Virus record (IMG/VR): IMGVR_UViG_3300038316_000053
Coordinates: 1-34,255 of that record
Source of the DNA: a virus
Lineage: Duplodnaviria; Caudoviricetes
Length of the DNA stretch: 34,255 bases
Reading direction: 5' to 3' (one strand)
Shown: positions 34,219 to 34,255 of the stretch, piece by piece
Numbering within the stretch: the first letter of the stretch is position 1
Layout of the letters: every line of letters begins with the position of its first letter
Notes under the pieces: model-generated
Databases searched by the model: none
Seen by the model: the letters and a program-made list of their open reading frames with translations, nothing else
What the model was told of the DNA's origin: nothing
Program-made: the position numbers and the translations under genes

Positions 34219-34255
34219 GGGGGGGGTACCACCCTCCCCATGCACGCAGGTGACC
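34219..34255 (+). other. Flank of the putative cos site (right genome end)
   Basis: G-run GGGGGGGGTACCACCCTCCCC after the HNH gene; window start TGTACATTTTTTCTCACGC is the other flank. Confidence 0.65.

Noticed and set aside
1-34255. Complete active DGR, tRNA/rRNA genes, IS elements, introns or inteins
   Set aside because: I saw no second copy of the VR, no YxDD RT ORF, no cloverleaf and no transposase. TerL and capsid are of normal length. This was a scan by eye only.

Overview
The window looks like one essentially complete ~34.3 kb temperate siphovirus genome from a low-GC Firmicute. The host is probably a clostridial spore-former, which is an inference. Head genes follow the r1t/phiLC3-type order: portal, minor head protein, TerL, scaffold, major capsid, head-tail joining genes, tail tube, frameshifting chaperone, TMP, Dit, Tal, BppU and a receptor-binding protein. 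After these come XhlA, holin and an amidase-LysM lysin; an intact attP-like palindrome and a large serine integrase; a membrane-anchored DEDDh-BRCT exonuclease; an XRE repressor with a divergent switch; early genes; an HUH rolling-circle Rep; RecU; accessory genes; a RinA/ArpU-type late activator; and an HNH gene next to a probable 3' cos site split across the two window ends. Five things stand out. (1) At 30.1-32.3 kb, single-gene cassettes are separated by degenerate 28-bp (11-6-11) dif-like sites with a directional core, although the phage encodes no tyrosine recombinase. (2) A diversity-generating retroelement has been deleted: the RBP keeps its VR, IMH and hairpin, fused at a microhomology to what looks like the C-terminal tail of the RT. 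(3) A Tad1-family anti-Thoeris/CBASS sponge gene sits inside the packaging module. (4) A ~400-nt highly structured non-coding region lies upstream of the late activator. (5) Replication appears to rely on the HUH Rep alone, with a counter-transcript, and there is a candidate sigmaE-driven recombination directionality factor (RDF). All family assignments come from motif recognition by eye, not database searches.
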